NCBI RefSeq assembly: GCF_041146345.1
Contig: NW_027191402.1
Location: 310,001 to 374,000, forward strand
Origin: Neodothiora populina
Taxonomy: Eukaryota
Direction: 5' to 3'
DNA: 64,000 nucleotides
Position 1 is the stretch's first letter. Each line of letters opens with the position of its first letter. This document shows, in pieces, positions 10,980-24,546 of the stretch. Under the pieces are notes generated by a model. It did not search any database. It was not told where the DNA came from and saw only the letters and a program-made list of their open reading frames with translations. The translations under genes and the position numbers were made by a program.

Positions 10980-13900
10980 TTTGTTTCTTTTCGCCTCCGT
11001 CACGCGCGCACGTTGGTTTCAGGACTATTTCTAGGTATGCGGGGCAGGGGGGTAGAACGCTGCTAGGAGCGGCGAGTCAACAAAATAGATGGCCAAACCA
11101 AAAATTTAAGAAAAAAAGGGTTAGGTTTTGTCTCTGCTTGAGCTCGTGTTTCGCAAACCGAGGACCCAAAGTTCGGAGAATGTGGTTACAAGATTTATAC
11201 TTTTGAGAGCGAATTCTGACATGTCATAAGGAGGAAGATGAAAAGGTAGAGTCGGCGAAGCATACGGTAGCGTTGAAGCTAAGCTTACTGTTTCGAATAC
11301 GAGAGCAGGAAAACGCGGGGAGGGCGACCCTGGCTTTGTAGGCGTGGGCGTTCGAAACTCAATCCTGTCTCCTGGGTCCACGCATGTCACATCACGCATT
11401 ACTTGGGAATTGGTAGGATTCGATGACACGAGAGACGAGAACTGTCACCCGTTGCGGCTCTGCGAGGTGCATAAGGTACTGTTTGCAGAGGTGTGACTGA
11501 CCGCTTCCATTTTGTCGTCTTGGTATTCACCTCTACATAGCTACGCCGAGTGAAACATACCAGCCATATGCTTCCTGCTCTGCTCATCCAGCGGATGTTT
11601 CAAGCGTTTCGTACCCAATGCACAATCCACAGGTTTCCAAGTCTCGCCATCGCCGGCAAGAATGGCGGTGGCGATGACATGCTTCAGGAGTGAGGCATTG
11701 TCTTTCCCCTCAGTACATCATGGTCGGGGGTTAGTTGCTGCCCAGTCGTATGCCTTTAGCGGTGACACCACAGCTGCCTATCACGACCTACCATAGCTGA
11801 CGGTACCACGACGGTCTACACATATAAAGCATAGCTTGACATGCAGATGGCTAGACCGTTCGAATCAGCACTTGCTCTGACCGCAGGCGAAAAGCATGCA
11901 TGCCAGGAACACCATGAACATGCTAAGCTTTTAGATAATCTGGACTTTATCCAAAGTACTGTATGTTTACCTTTGTCAAGAGCGATGGTCGAGCGTCAGC
12001 TCGCGTCTGTCAGACGAGCTTCTCCACTAGAACTTCTCGAGGAGAAATCTATACTTCTCGTCAATGTATTTTGGGAAAATGTCAGCCCCTCGACGCAAAG
12101 TTGCATCTATGTTTTGTGAGGCAGCTAGCACTGCGACGCACTTTCTATACGTATTGGCTCATGCGGTGAAGTTTTGTCTTCCCATGTCATGGATAGGCCT
12201 GCGATGCACGTCATCAGTTCCTGAGCGGGCATTGATCCAAAATGAGCCATAGCACAGGACGTTGGTCTGAGAGCACCGCATTGCTGGTATCGGCATGTTT
12301 CACGACCTACATTATGCGCAATCGTTGAGAGAAGGACATCGTTCGGAGATCAGATAACCGAGCACGCGAGAAGAAGCAACGACCAGATGGTGTCACATCA
12401 ATCGATATGCCTGAGAAGCAGAGGCATGCGGCGTACTGTAAGGCTACCGAAAAGCAAAAGAAAACAGCCAAACAGACATGGAAACAGCCTCCGCTGATGC
12501 GTGCGTCTTGTCATGTTTCATGTTAGACTTCTAGATCGTTTGCTTTCTATCGCTGTCATATGTTGATTGCGATCCACCCATTGGGTATGATTCTACCAAT
12601 GCACAGTCCTTCTTCACGATCGTGCTGCAAGTCCGTAGGTTGGTGCCGATAGAGTGATTGAGTGCACGATCTGGCCCCCATTGTGGAAAACCGGCAAGAA
12701 CAAACAAGTCCTCGATGCTGGCTTCGTCCAATGTATCGTCTCCATGGCATGGTAGAAGGCGGGGACATCCGGCGCATACCTGCATATTTCCTTCCATAAG
12801 TGGCAAATGCGGCCTGTGGCCGGATCTATGATTCCGTTAACTGCATCTGCAAGCCGGGCAACAATGTGTGGTAGAGACACGGTAACGGTAGCGTCACAGG
12901 AATGCCGGAATCACCTAGTGATGCGAGGCGCAGATATGGCCGGGCGTCCTGTGCGACACTATCTTCACTCTGACATCTCATTTGCTCATGCTTATGTTGT
13001 ATGCAGCGCCTACGCAAGATGCTCTCGCGACATGAAAAGCTGTTGATGGATATACATTAGCAAATAAGTCGGGATCGTCGCTGCACACAGATGGAAAATG
13101 CCAACTGCGAGCCCAGCAGCATGAAAACAACATATTAGTCCCAAGGAACGTGGTTGAAACTGGTCCCAAACCGGACGGCTCCAAGATGCATCTGTGTATT
13201 TGCATCATTCGAAAACCGGGTCGTTGGTAGAGACATGCATAGTTGCTGTCCGACTGTAAGGTTTGATCTTTCAAAACCTCGTTGTCCTGCGCTCGTGATC
13301 TTGGTTCGGAACGGCTGCTGCACTGGAGCATGTTGTGCCGTTACACAGCACAATGCGAGCCACAACAGGATCTGGCTGGCGGGCTTACTTGCAGTCGATA
13401 TGTGATTGGGTCAAAAACTGGTGACCGAACCTACAGGTCACTATCGGGAGCCCGAATGGCTCTTGTGTTCCATAGACGAGCATGCATATAGGTGGGTCTA
13501 CAAGCTGAAATCCAAGGATGTTTCAACTTTTGGCTGTACTAGGCCAATAGGGTGTGGAAGTCGTACCGTTGCTTTGGGCCGCGGACGTGCAGGAGTGCAT
13601 ACGGCAAATGGGCTTGTGCAGGTGGCATGCAATTGTACTCTATCAATGCTGTGTATGGCATCGCACTTGCTCGGAGAAGTAACAACTAACATATCAGAAT
13701 GCACTTGTAAGCTCGCTTCGCACAAAAACAATACGACGCGAGGTCTCGCGAAAAAAACCGTCCCTGAGGCGGCCAGGACCACAGCCGTTCCTGCGGCAGA
13801 CTGACTGGGGAATGCGAACACCTGGCAGCTGTCAAGCGGGAGACCCGCCCGTCTCCTTACTCCGACGGTAGGTTTAAAATCAGGAAGAGGATGGTGCAGT

Positions 13901-16577
13901 AGTGTCGAATTCATTTGTGCGTGAATGAAAAATGCCGGCTTCTGTGATGGAACGACATGGCTTGCATTGACCGTCTTGGGGGAATGAAACGTATCAAGAA
14001 CCGGTAGTGGAAGCAAGCGGACGGTGCCACCAAAGCCAAAAGCTCGTGACACTTCTGATCGGCGGTCTTCAGACACGATGATCGCTCGCTAGATTGGAAA
14101 GGGATAAACCCCGAATCAAATAGACCATGAAGATCAGGCCAGTACTCCCGGTGCTAAATATTGTACGAGGGGCTCTCACGCGCCCTGACATAGTATACCG
14201 AGCACACCTGTGCCGACCCGAAATTTGGCCCCCCCAACTTCGCTATAATGGACGCCCGAGCTAAGGCAAAGCAATGTCCAGAAATTCTGCAGTCCTTGGC
14301 ATGACTACTAGATCTCGCATGACCGCCATACCTTAATGTACGAACCGGCGGTGGTGTCAATAACCTGCAGTGCGCACAATTGAAGGCACTCTCGCAGCTC
14401 GGGTCGGGCGTGATCCGCATATATTGATAAGGTAGTTTGCGAACTCGCCTTTTCTGGCACAATGGCCCGAGAGTCGTAATACAAACGCTGCACAGCTTCC
14501 TCTGTGCCCGGAGATCTGCAGAATGAGATCCTCCGGGACTGATGCGCAAGATCGGATCTGCTGTAGATGCATCACGCCCAGCCCTCGAGCCAGTGGCTTA
14601 GGTCAGGTAGCTGTCAAGAAGCCAGCCCGCTTTGCAGAAGCTTTTTCGATTACTGAACTAGGGCATTTTCCTCTGACAGCGTGCGCAGCACGAGTCAAGT
14701 GCGACTAAATCCTAAATGTGGGCACTGGCCTCTGCACGTCAGTTCGTGCGGCAGGCCATGGGAACACAAACACAAATCACTGGTGGTGCTCCACGCCACC
14801 ACAGCTTTTCTGCGTCAGCGTCCGCGCACGTCGTAGGCCAGACCCTGGACGAGATGCGACACTCGTCTTCACCGTTACCGTCGTGTGCGAGTCATCGGAC
14901 ATTCAGAACACACCACCAAAGCGGCTTTCCCTTGGGGCCCACCGAACAGCTGTTGCATGCATGTTGTGATGCCCAAAAAGAGAGTCCCAGCACCGGGTAG
15001 ATGTTGACGCGCTGTTGCGAGATAGCCCTTGCAACGGAAAAAAACCCTGCAACCAAGTCCACGGTAGGTGTGGTATGCTTTTTTCACCGACGTTCTGACA
15101 GTGTCACAATGCAAACCAACGGATCCATGCTGAGGTCATTGGCAAGGCCTACGAAGTCTTGGTCGCAGGAGTTGGGAGTCAGGAAGTAAGTTTGCGCTAC
15201 ATTTCCACCATTGTCCATGTCTTATCTGGTCCATCTGCATGTGCAACCAACATACAAAGTACACTTATTAGGTTGAAACGGGCGAGCCCCGGTGAGCATT
15301 CCCATCTTTGAGCTATGACATACCCGTGTTTAGGTACGAGATGCCGATCGTCAATTTGCCGCGCCACATGTGGAGAGAGTTCATGCCCTGACTTCGTTGT
15401 CATATGTTGGAATCTTGCCCACATCCAATAGCAATTCTCCGTCGAGCTCGAGGCCGCGGCTGCAACTACAGTGGAGTTGTAATCTTACTCCTGATCAGAT
15501 CCAATTCGGACTTGGCCCCAAACTCGACCTTGTCTATATGGAAGCCCTGGGAAAATGTGCCCCGACGAACCAATCATCAGGGAACGGCTGTCACGATTCC
15601 CACAGGCAGCGATCATGGATTGATCTCGCGCTCAGACGTCTCAGGACGAGAATATATTTGCATTATACTTGTGTTAGATGTCACGCAAGCTGCACGAGAC
15701 CCTCTGCATCCTAGCTCACGCGGCAGGACCGCTGTTGATCGACTTGTCAAGTTACATTTAACCTCAGCTCGGGTTACGGCTTGTGCTCGAGTACAAAGCT
15801 TCGGCGACCCATTGATCTGGCGCCGGGCCTAGTGCACTCTCCTCTTCGGTCTCAGCACCAAGGCGCCAGGGACGGTTGTGACAGGTTGGCCGTCAGGCTA
15901 AGTTCAGCGATCCCGATCAACGAGGCAGCGATGACCCACGCTTGGGTATTGTCGGTGCATACGCCGGTAATACTATTGAAGATCGAAAGGGTCTCTTCTT
16001 CTATGATGAATCTACCTTTCTTCCCACTACATAGTGTCTAGCCTACTCTTGCACCAGGTAGTCTTCGCGAGAGATCCCTTTATTTTCTGCTCAAGCATTC
16101 GTCGCTCACATAGCCAACACACCCTAGCCAATCTGTAGTCTGATACACATCGGTTGCCTCTTCGACAAGAGCAGACAGGATCCGACAAGCCTTTGCAGTG
16201 CTGGCACTCATACCATTCAGGACAGCCTCGTGAACGTGTAGTGCCCGGTTTCATTGCCGGCGAAGGGTAGCCCACTACACGACTTCGAAGTCTTTCCTCG
16301 AGGTTTGCCATCTGCCCTCGCGTTCAGGCCAACGGCGACTTACCTAGAGATCATCTCAAACTTGTTGTGAGTCTATATGTGCTTGCCCGACGAGATTATA
16401 GATTGATTTATGGGTCTACCTCGATGTTGTTATTGTGGTTCTCTTCTGATCAGCTTCCCAGATCTAGTTGATAGGCATTCACTGCTATTGCATATCAAGC
16501 TCGGGTACTGTGCTGCATTTCGAGGGTTTGACTCAGATTTATGTGATTGGTCCTACAATATCAGACTACAAGCAAGC

Positions 16578-18076
16578 ATGGACGGCCTATCGGTTATGCG
16601 TCCATACCATCATCAAAGCCAACTGCCCGGTCACTCATCCCAACATCGAGATGTCAGATTGCCTTCGCTCCCCATGCCGGCCATGCGGGGGAGAGGCGAT
16701 CCTAACGATACTGGGCGAGGACAATCGCCAGCGGTCCAGTATTCTGCTTACCAAATAGATACTCCCCGCTCCAACGCCGACACACCGGGGAGTTATCACC
16801 ACAGTCCTGCGAGTGCTGGAGTCCGTGAGGATGAGCTTAGGTACCAGTCCGGTATCTCGGGTAATGATAAATGTCGGCCATCGCTGCCTTCTTTACGCGC
16901 GGTACACTATCATGCAGAGCCTTGACTTAATTAGACGGCTACTAACGGAGTGCTTAGGTCTTGGGAGAGAACGTAAGGACCCCACCTGCTACTCCACAGC
17001 ATCAAAAAACTGCTCTACCACTGGAGATGAGAGAGCCACTTTACGATCAGTCTTCGCTGAAGCCGTCTGCTTTGTATCCTAACAAACGGACACGGACAGA
17101 CTCTGGCTGGGATGGTGAGCATGCGGACGGAAAGGAAATTGAGCGTGCATCGATCACTTTGCCGTTCATAAATGGGCCATCGCACAATCGGGATGGCCAG
17201 CGGCAACTTGAACTACCAACTCTTAATGGCGGCAATCCCGCCGTCTACCATTACAGACGTTCCGGTAACGCTTTACATGCTTCTAATTTTTTCTGAACGC
17301 AACACTCATGGATCTATAGGCGACCTCGCTTCTCCCAAAGCGCGTGGCAGGAGTACGCAACTATCTGTCAGCCCTCCCGCAGCGCAGGCTCAGGCGTTCG
17401 ATATTCCCAGCAGGAGCTATACTCACTTCCACCATGTGGCACGCAACGAACCACCTGGAGACAGGGGTTACAGCTCGCATGCAACGCATTCGCGAAGCCC
17501 ATCTATCGCTGTTGCCGGTGATGGTAACCCTATGTACAATCATCCAGCCTCTCTACAACAATCATTCCCGGCAGACCACAACCGCGCATCGCTACTGCCT
17601 ACATCACATAACAACGTACATCGCGAAGACTACCATTTCCAGCCCAGACTCGACACGCCCGTCAACTACAACGCTGCAGCCTACCCATATTCGCAAGCCT
17701 TTTTCGTCCCTTCTCATTACGACTATCAGAATGGAAAATCTAGAAAGCGGAGCAATCTACCAAAGCAATCGACAGAAATCATGAAACGATGGTTTGGTAC
17801 GTCATATAGCATGAGCAACTCCATTACTTGTCAACGATCTAACGTTTTACAGACGACAACCTACAGAACCCCTACCCTAGTGAGGAACAGAAACGACACT
17901 TTGCTGCAGTAGCAGGAATCAACCTTACACAGGTAACTCCATCCACACATGCGTATCAAAACAAAACTGACAAGGAACAGGTCAGCAACTGGTTTATTAA
18001 TCACCGACGAAGATGCCCAGAGCTGCGGGAAAAACGAGACAAGGGTCGTGCTGGAAGCCGCGAAGAGTCTGTGTGA
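16578..18076 (+). CDS. TALE-class (Homeobox_KN, Cup9/Tos8-like) homeodomain transcription factor; exons 16578-16901, 16958-17264, 17320-17796, 17853-17932, 17981-18076
   Basis: Spliced product contains RKRSNLPKQSTEIMKRWFDDNLQNPYPSEEQK..INLTQVSNWFINHRRR, with the PYP loop and WFIN helix 3. Confidence 0.9.
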
Positions 18077-19708
18077 GCATCCTCACAGCTTTCCAACCAT
18101 TCGAACAGCATCATGCCATGCATGAGTCAGGGCAATGCCTATCCATATTCACTCAGAACATTTCAGCCTTTCCGGCTTTGGACGATATTACGAAGTCATG
18201 TCGTTTCGATCGTCGGACGAGAACACTACTATCCCTCTCCCTGGTCTATCATAACATTGATTACGTGCTATGCATCTGCACATATCAGCTTGGCCATGAT
18301 GTTTCAGATGAGACACCTAGCCTGGGCCAGTATTTGTATCGGATTCGGCCCGGTCAATATTCTCACGCAACGCAATGTCAAAATAGCCACAAGGTCCCAT
18401 CATGAATTCTGTATCTCATATATACCCACACCAATACTAGTCTACATTTAATCTTACTAATTCTACCCCTGCAAAACTAAGCATTGTCCAGCACTTTCGC
18501 TCTGTCAATCAGCCACATATGATCAAATAGAAGCCCCGAGGGTCCGACTCAGGACTAGGCCAGCGAAGGTCGAGAACGTCACAAGAACATGTCAATATCA
18601 TTACAAGTATCTTGATACAGAAGAATAAACATGAATTCAGCCACATTTCTAGCAGTGTTCGAAAGCTTCCTCAAATTGGAATCTGATTTGTGAATTAGGA
18701 GCCGGAAGTCTAATGGGTCTCGGAAGAGATGCATAGAGGCTGAACACTAAATATGCCGCGAACGCTGGGGTATTCTTCAGCGGCGTCTTTTTAGGAAATT
18801 CCAGAGTCCGCGCGCTCTTGCGGCTCTTGGCCCGCGAGGTGAGGTACAAGTGTAAAGGGCTGCCCAGCCCAACGCTATGGCCGTTTCTGACCAACGCCGT
18901 CCAAGCTCAGTCTTACTGGATAGGGTATTTGCAGACCGCTCACAAATTGGACAAGGCTCGAGATGAGTGACCTACTGTATCTCTGAGGAAAGGAAAGCAT
19001 GGCCTGTCTCTTGGCATTGTATCTACAGTATGTACGCTGGTAATGACATCGCTAAGAAGGCTGCCTTGGTTTGATCTAGTTATCGTCATAACTGACATGA
19101 CCCGAGTTCACGATTAACAGAGAAGGCAATAGTGAACCAAGGATGGAGTGAGCGAGCAAGATGCGAGTGGGTCCTTGGATCGGCCCTCGGTCGCTTTTAC
19201 GACTCAAGTAGGCTGGCGCAGCGGTTTGATTATTGTAAGATCGGCCAGACGTAGCTGAACTCTGTGCTGAGGTCAACGCAAGCAGGGGATTCCCTTGAGG
19301 ATCGTCCTGCGCGTGCGACTTCACCTCCATGCCCCGGGTGGCTAAACGGTCACCTGAATAAATGTGGGTATGGATTAGCAGATTGTCGTTGATTGGCAGT
19401 GCAGGGCAGATTTTCGAAGCTGTCAGATGAGACGTGACAGGTCGCTGATTAGCTGGACAAATTGTTTCGTTCGCCATCACTTATGGCCACCGAGGACTCT
19501 ACTGATAAGGACGAACGCAAAGCTCGTGACCCTTGGACCCTGATGCAGGTGACGCAAGCACTCCGTAGTCTTCCACGCACGCCCTCCTCGTACACCCTTG
19601 CCTCGACCTCTGTAATGGTAGCAACTGATTAATTCTATCCAAACACACCTAGGATATTCACCATATTTGTGTCTTCATCTCTGTAGTGCATTCAAACCTC
19701 CCAGAAGC

Positions 19709-20947
19709 ATGTTGAGCCATACAGTCGGCATCATCGCCGCACTTGCGGCAGGCACGAGTGCCTTCTTGTTGCCGCCCGGCGTCAGCAGCGATATGACTCC
19801 TGACAGAGAAGTCGCAGCGACAATCATCGACACCAATACCCAGGCCATCAAGCTGGGATGTCCTGACTGCGTTTTCCCGTTGAGCGAGAAGAAAGTAGCC
19901 GCCGATGGTGATGGTGACCTTTTCTGGATTCAAGGCGGTTCTACCGATATCATCTTCAACCTCACTGTATCAGAAGATGGCAAAGCACTCATGATCGACA
20001 ATAAGTGGCAGGTTTGGCCCATGACTCTTGAGACTCTCGATTTCCCGACCGTTGGTGGAATCAAAGAGTCGTTGTCTATCGCCGAGGCCAAAAGCCACCC
20101 TGAACAGGTCAATACAATGATTATCTCTGGTGCCGGCATCACCGTGGATGAAGAGCCGATCTCGGGAACAGGCGATAGAATCCTTAAGCTCCACTACCAG
20201 ATCATATCTCTCGAGGAACACCCAGTCACCGTTGACGGTGTCGAGATCCAGGTTCTGCAAGGCGGTGACGGTTCGTTGATGATCATCTCCTTGAACAACG
20301 TCCCCAATGTAGACCTTCTTCCCCATGCCCGCCCTCTGCAGCCTCCTACAACTGGAGTGGCCAAGGGCTGCGGTAACTTGCCCGCCTCGCTGTGCAAGAT
20401 GAAGAACATCATCGAGTCCAAGCTCGGCCACTTCAAGCAGGGTAACCCAGCTGCACCTCACCGCTGCGGTGGACGCCCTCGTCCTCACAAGATGCCCGGC
20501 CACATCCGGCCACACTTGGATTTCGTCGAGGGTCCCGAGGGACACAAATTCGGTGACGGCGAGGGATCCAAGCATCACCACGACCACCCTCACCCTCATG
20601 ATCACGACGGCTGGCAAATCGGCCGTCCCCAGGAACATGAACGTCGTGCTATGGCTTTGATTAGTGCTATAGTCTCGACCCTTATGCCCTTAATCGCTGG
20701 TGTCGTCATGGGCTTCTGCGTCAGTGTGATCGGCCTCGCTGTGGGACGATTCGTCTCTTTCATGTGGATCAGATACCGCCGTCAAACCCGCGGAGAGTAC
20801 GAGAGCGTGCGAGGATCCGACGCCGAGGACGATGAAGACGTCGTCCTCGAGAAGGGCGTCATCGTGCTCGAGCAGCAGACGGAGGAGCCTCTCCCTGTGT
20901 ACGAGGCTGCACCTGCTTATGAGGAGGCCCAGCCAGAGCACAAGTAA
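19709..20947 (+). CDS. Hypothetical secreted-pathway single-pass membrane protein with a His-rich luminal segment
   Basis: Signal peptide MLSHTVGIIAALAAG, CxxC, KHHHDHPHPHDHD, a TM near residues 325-355 and a cytosolic tail with LPVY/PAY. Confidence 0.8.
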   Translation: MLSHTVGIIAALAAGTSAFLLPPGVSSDMTPDREVAATIIDTNTQAIKLGCPDCVFPLSEKKVAADGDGDLFWIQGGSTDIIFNLTVSEDGKALMIDNKWQVWPMTLETLDFPTVGGIKESLSIAEAKSHPEQVNTMIISGAGITVDEEPISGTGDRILKLHYQIISLEEHPVTVDGVEIQVLQGGDGSLMIISLNNVPNVDLLPHARPLQPPTTGVAKGCGNLPASLCKMKNIIESKLGHFKQGNPAAPHRCGGRPRPHKMPGHIRPHLDFVEGPEGHKFGDGEGSKHHHDHPHPHDHDGWQIGRPQEHERRAMALISAIVSTLMPLIAGVVMGFCVSVIGLAVGRFVSFMWIRYRRQTRGEYESVRGSDAEDDEDVVLEKGVIVLEQQTEEPLPVYEAAPAYEEAQPEHK

Positions 20948-23333
20948 ACACTTCTGTCTCTTTTAATGGTTCGAAGCTTGACTTGAAGTCGCATCGGTCG
21001 TTCCCCGTGTTTTGATCTCCTCTTTTCTTTTCCTACTACTCGACGAATTCTCAAACTGTCACTACTCCCGAGATGATTTTCCCTGGGCGTTCCACTGAGT
21101 CGCGGCAGAATGCATGAATTGGTTCGTCCCAGTCTTCCATAGTAAAACAATACAAACCTATATGTTTCGTTTTAGCTCGGAATGCTCTGCTTTTCGTGTA
21201 TGCACTGCAGTCTTGTGCCGCGGCGTCAGTCTCCACTTTAGTTATTGAAAGTGATCATCTGTGGTCTGCACCCACTGCATCCTGTCTCATTCTGTCTAGT
21301 ATAGCCTGCTAACCTATCTCTGATGGAGAGATGCGATACACCACCCACTGTCTTTCTCCAGACAGACAGACAGACTTGCGATATGCACCTCTCTCGCACT
21401 GCAAGTAATCACCATGCTCATCACCATCCTCGCCAATGAACATAAATCAAGTGTACACCATGTATGAATCACGTCATATACCTAAAAACATGATCAAGAC
21501 AGTCAATTGTATACACCATGTATAAGCCGAGTCGAACACCGGATAACACGAAGCAGGCTGCAAAATCCTATCATATACAGCTTATCCAGTTCTATCGACC
21601 CTACACTTTCCCACCCTGCTCTACCCTACCATACGTCACCTACCATGAGACTCCGAGCCCATAACACAAAAGAGAGGAGAACATCATCACAACCCGAAGT
21701 CGGATGTGAACGACCCAGTTTGTACCGTCCACGTCCTGGTGGCTTGCGATCCATTTTCCCTCTCTCTACCCTTGCTGAAGACCTCGCAGCAACGACCCGA
21801 AACGACGAAGGCCTCAAACCTGGCCAAAGCGTTTAAAGCTCGTAGGCACGAGACAAGTGGAACAAAGGCGATGTTTCGAACAAGCGGGAGAAGAATGAGA
21901 GCTTAAAAACGCATACGTGAAGAGAGAGGCGGGAAAAGAAGACAAAGTCACCTCGATTACACGAATAACCCAGAGGAAAGAAATGGGTAGTGAGTGTAGC
22001 ATCGGAATACATGTATCGGTGTGGCAACGCTTGCCTTTTGCTTTTGCTTTCTTGATCATAGAATTTACAAAACATATATTGCTCTCTTTGCTGCGAGTCA
22101 AGTTCATGATATACTCGATATTAAAGGAGAGTGACTGTGCGATGCAACTGAAGATCCTGGTCGCCTCGAGATTATTGTGAGGCAGGTAGCGTATTTTGTA
22201 TGGTCGATTTGCAATGGATAATGCCTTGAAGGGAGCGAGGAGAGTACTGTGGCGTTTAGGAGGCTTGACACAGATACAACAGATACAGCCTGGTGGATGG
22301 CTCCTTCCTTTCTGGTGGACAGATTGATCAGATAGATGGGGTGTTTTGCTTCTCGTCCTCCCATACTGCCAGGGGGACACAACTCACGATTTGCGCGCAC
22401 ACCATAAGGTAATCTGACCTACCTTCCGAAAACAGCTCGATGAGAAAATACAAAGAAACCCATGTAGAGACATAGCATGTGAGAGTCAGACAAAGAAACC
22501 AAGGGGCGGTCCACTGGCAGTTGAGGCATTTCCGGGCAAATTGATCATAATTCGTTCCCAATTCTCGCAAAGAAAAATTGCGTTAGAGTCGGGGATTATT
22601 TCCCAGTTGTTAAAATGATTCCTCATCCCTTTCACGATTTAAGACGCCACAAAAAAACAAGTGCCCTGTCTTCTCTTGGAAAGAAAAAATTGCCCCATGC
22701 ACCACGGAACATCAACACCAATGCTGAAACATGTACCCCAAAGAGCTCACATAGAAATTCATGGACAACTTCCGGGTATAATTCCGCATCAGTGGCGCTG
22801 ATGCTTTGCTCCTGGGAGAGATAAAAACTTCCCGTTGGCAACATCAAACACAAGATACCCGTCCCAGAGGAGACACTGACCAGATGACAAAAAAGAGATA
22901 CTAGTAATGAAACGCAAAGATCACGATGAGCAGAACGCCGTAGACTCCATGGCAGATGTCTTGAGCACCATCTCGACAAGACTCCCGGATGGCCGAAAAA
23001 GGTATGTCAGTTCCGGGGAAAGTACGAGTAGCGACTCGTGTCTCTGCAGTGCCCGCTAGAAATACAGCCTCCAGGTCACGGTTGTGATTACGATCATCCA
23101 TGGATGGGGGATCAAAGTGTGCAAAATATCATTAATGGGGCTCCATCCACTGTGGGTCCCATAAAGGCCAAAGGTGGTCCATAATAGTGTAGACATCATA
23201 GATCAAGTTCCAGATGGAAGTGAACGTCCTCGGATATCATGTCCTGATGGTATGGTCCGGCAAGGCATTCACGACGTAGACACAGCAGTGTAGCCGGAAG
23301 AGAGGCCGGTCCGGACGCGCACATGGTATGTGG

Positions 23334-24546
23334 CTAGTTGATACGACGCCGACGAGGTTCGGGACCTTGATGACCTGAGGGGCGTTCCCGGTATACATCA
23401 GCGGATGGAGATTGACGGTAAGGCGGATCCGGAATGGATTGTGAGGGCGGAAAAGCTGTGAACGGGAAAACAGATCAGTACAAGCATGTCGGGATTCAGG
23501 TTGAAGGAGCGACTCACGGCGGCCGTATTGATCGTAGCGGACGGGGGGAGGATAGCTACTTCATGTATGGTCAGTGGCAGTCGAGATAGGATTCTAGGAT
23601 AGGAAAGGCGTCGGACCTCGGTGTTTGTGAGGGACTTGAGATAGGTGCTCCATTAGGGACCTGCGTGACGGGGGGATAGTTATACCTCATCGACTGGTCC
23701 TGATATTCCGGATTGTATCTTGGATCCTCCCTAGGGTCCCGTGCCGGTGGCGGTGGGTACGGAGCGTTGTACTGGGGTCCTCCGTACTTTGGCGAGCTCC
23801 TGAGATGAGATGGCGGCGGCTCATGTGCATACGATGGCATTGAGGCGTAGTAACCGCCGTCAGGTTGGGTAGTGTATGGCTGAGGGGGCTGTCTTGCGGA
23901 AGGATGGGACACATAAGACGCGGGGTCGACGTAGCCTGTTGTTTGTGGAGGGAGGGAGTGGGCGGGGTATAGGTTTCTGGGGTCGGCGTAGTTGGACATG
24001 TCTTGTATAGGCATGCTGGCACGCGAAGCGGGCGGCTGAAAGGGACCGTCGAGCTGGGGCGAGGAAGCTGTTACGCCGAAACCGGCGTGTGTAGATGAGC
24101 GGTAGGTATGTGAGTCCTCATAGTTGGTCACTGGAGGAGAGTCAGGTACAATGTGGGGACTTGAGGGTCGCGCACGCAGACTACCTCGTCTTGATGAGTG
24201 CTGTTCTCTATCCCACTTCTGAGTAGCAACTTTGAGGTCGTTGATCATCTCCTGTGGGGGAACTGGTCAGTAGGACGAATGGTGGAGAAGAAATGAAAGG
24301 AGAATGTACGGTAGTGAGATTCCTGTATGCTCGTATCCAATATCCATCAATCTGGTCGTTCATCAGTGCCATCCAACAAAAGAAGGTTGTATCCCTCGCA
24401 AGTCACACCTCTTGTCCATTCTCGTTATCCTTTCCAGGTCGTACAGTAGCATCGTTGCCTAGGTATCGCTGGATGTCGGCAGAGATGACCTCTCTGCTGA
24501 TTCCATCCTTGGCCACGAACCAGTTTCGAAGAATGTTTCCAGTCAT
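23334..24546 (-). CDS. RfeG-like putative transcription regulator (5 exons; introns 24408-24352, 24309-24252 and two near 23616-23456)
   Basis: Spliced N-terminus WFVAKDGISREVISADIQRYLGNDATVRPG..GYWIRAYRNLTTEMINDLK is characteristic of the RfeG family, followed by a P/Y-rich tail. Confidence 0.8.

Noticed and set aside
11004..16000. Many 60-190 aa ORFs in the long intergenic region
   Set aside because: No recognisable motifs, coding bias or coherent splice structure. Likely the extended regulatory region of the homeobox gene.
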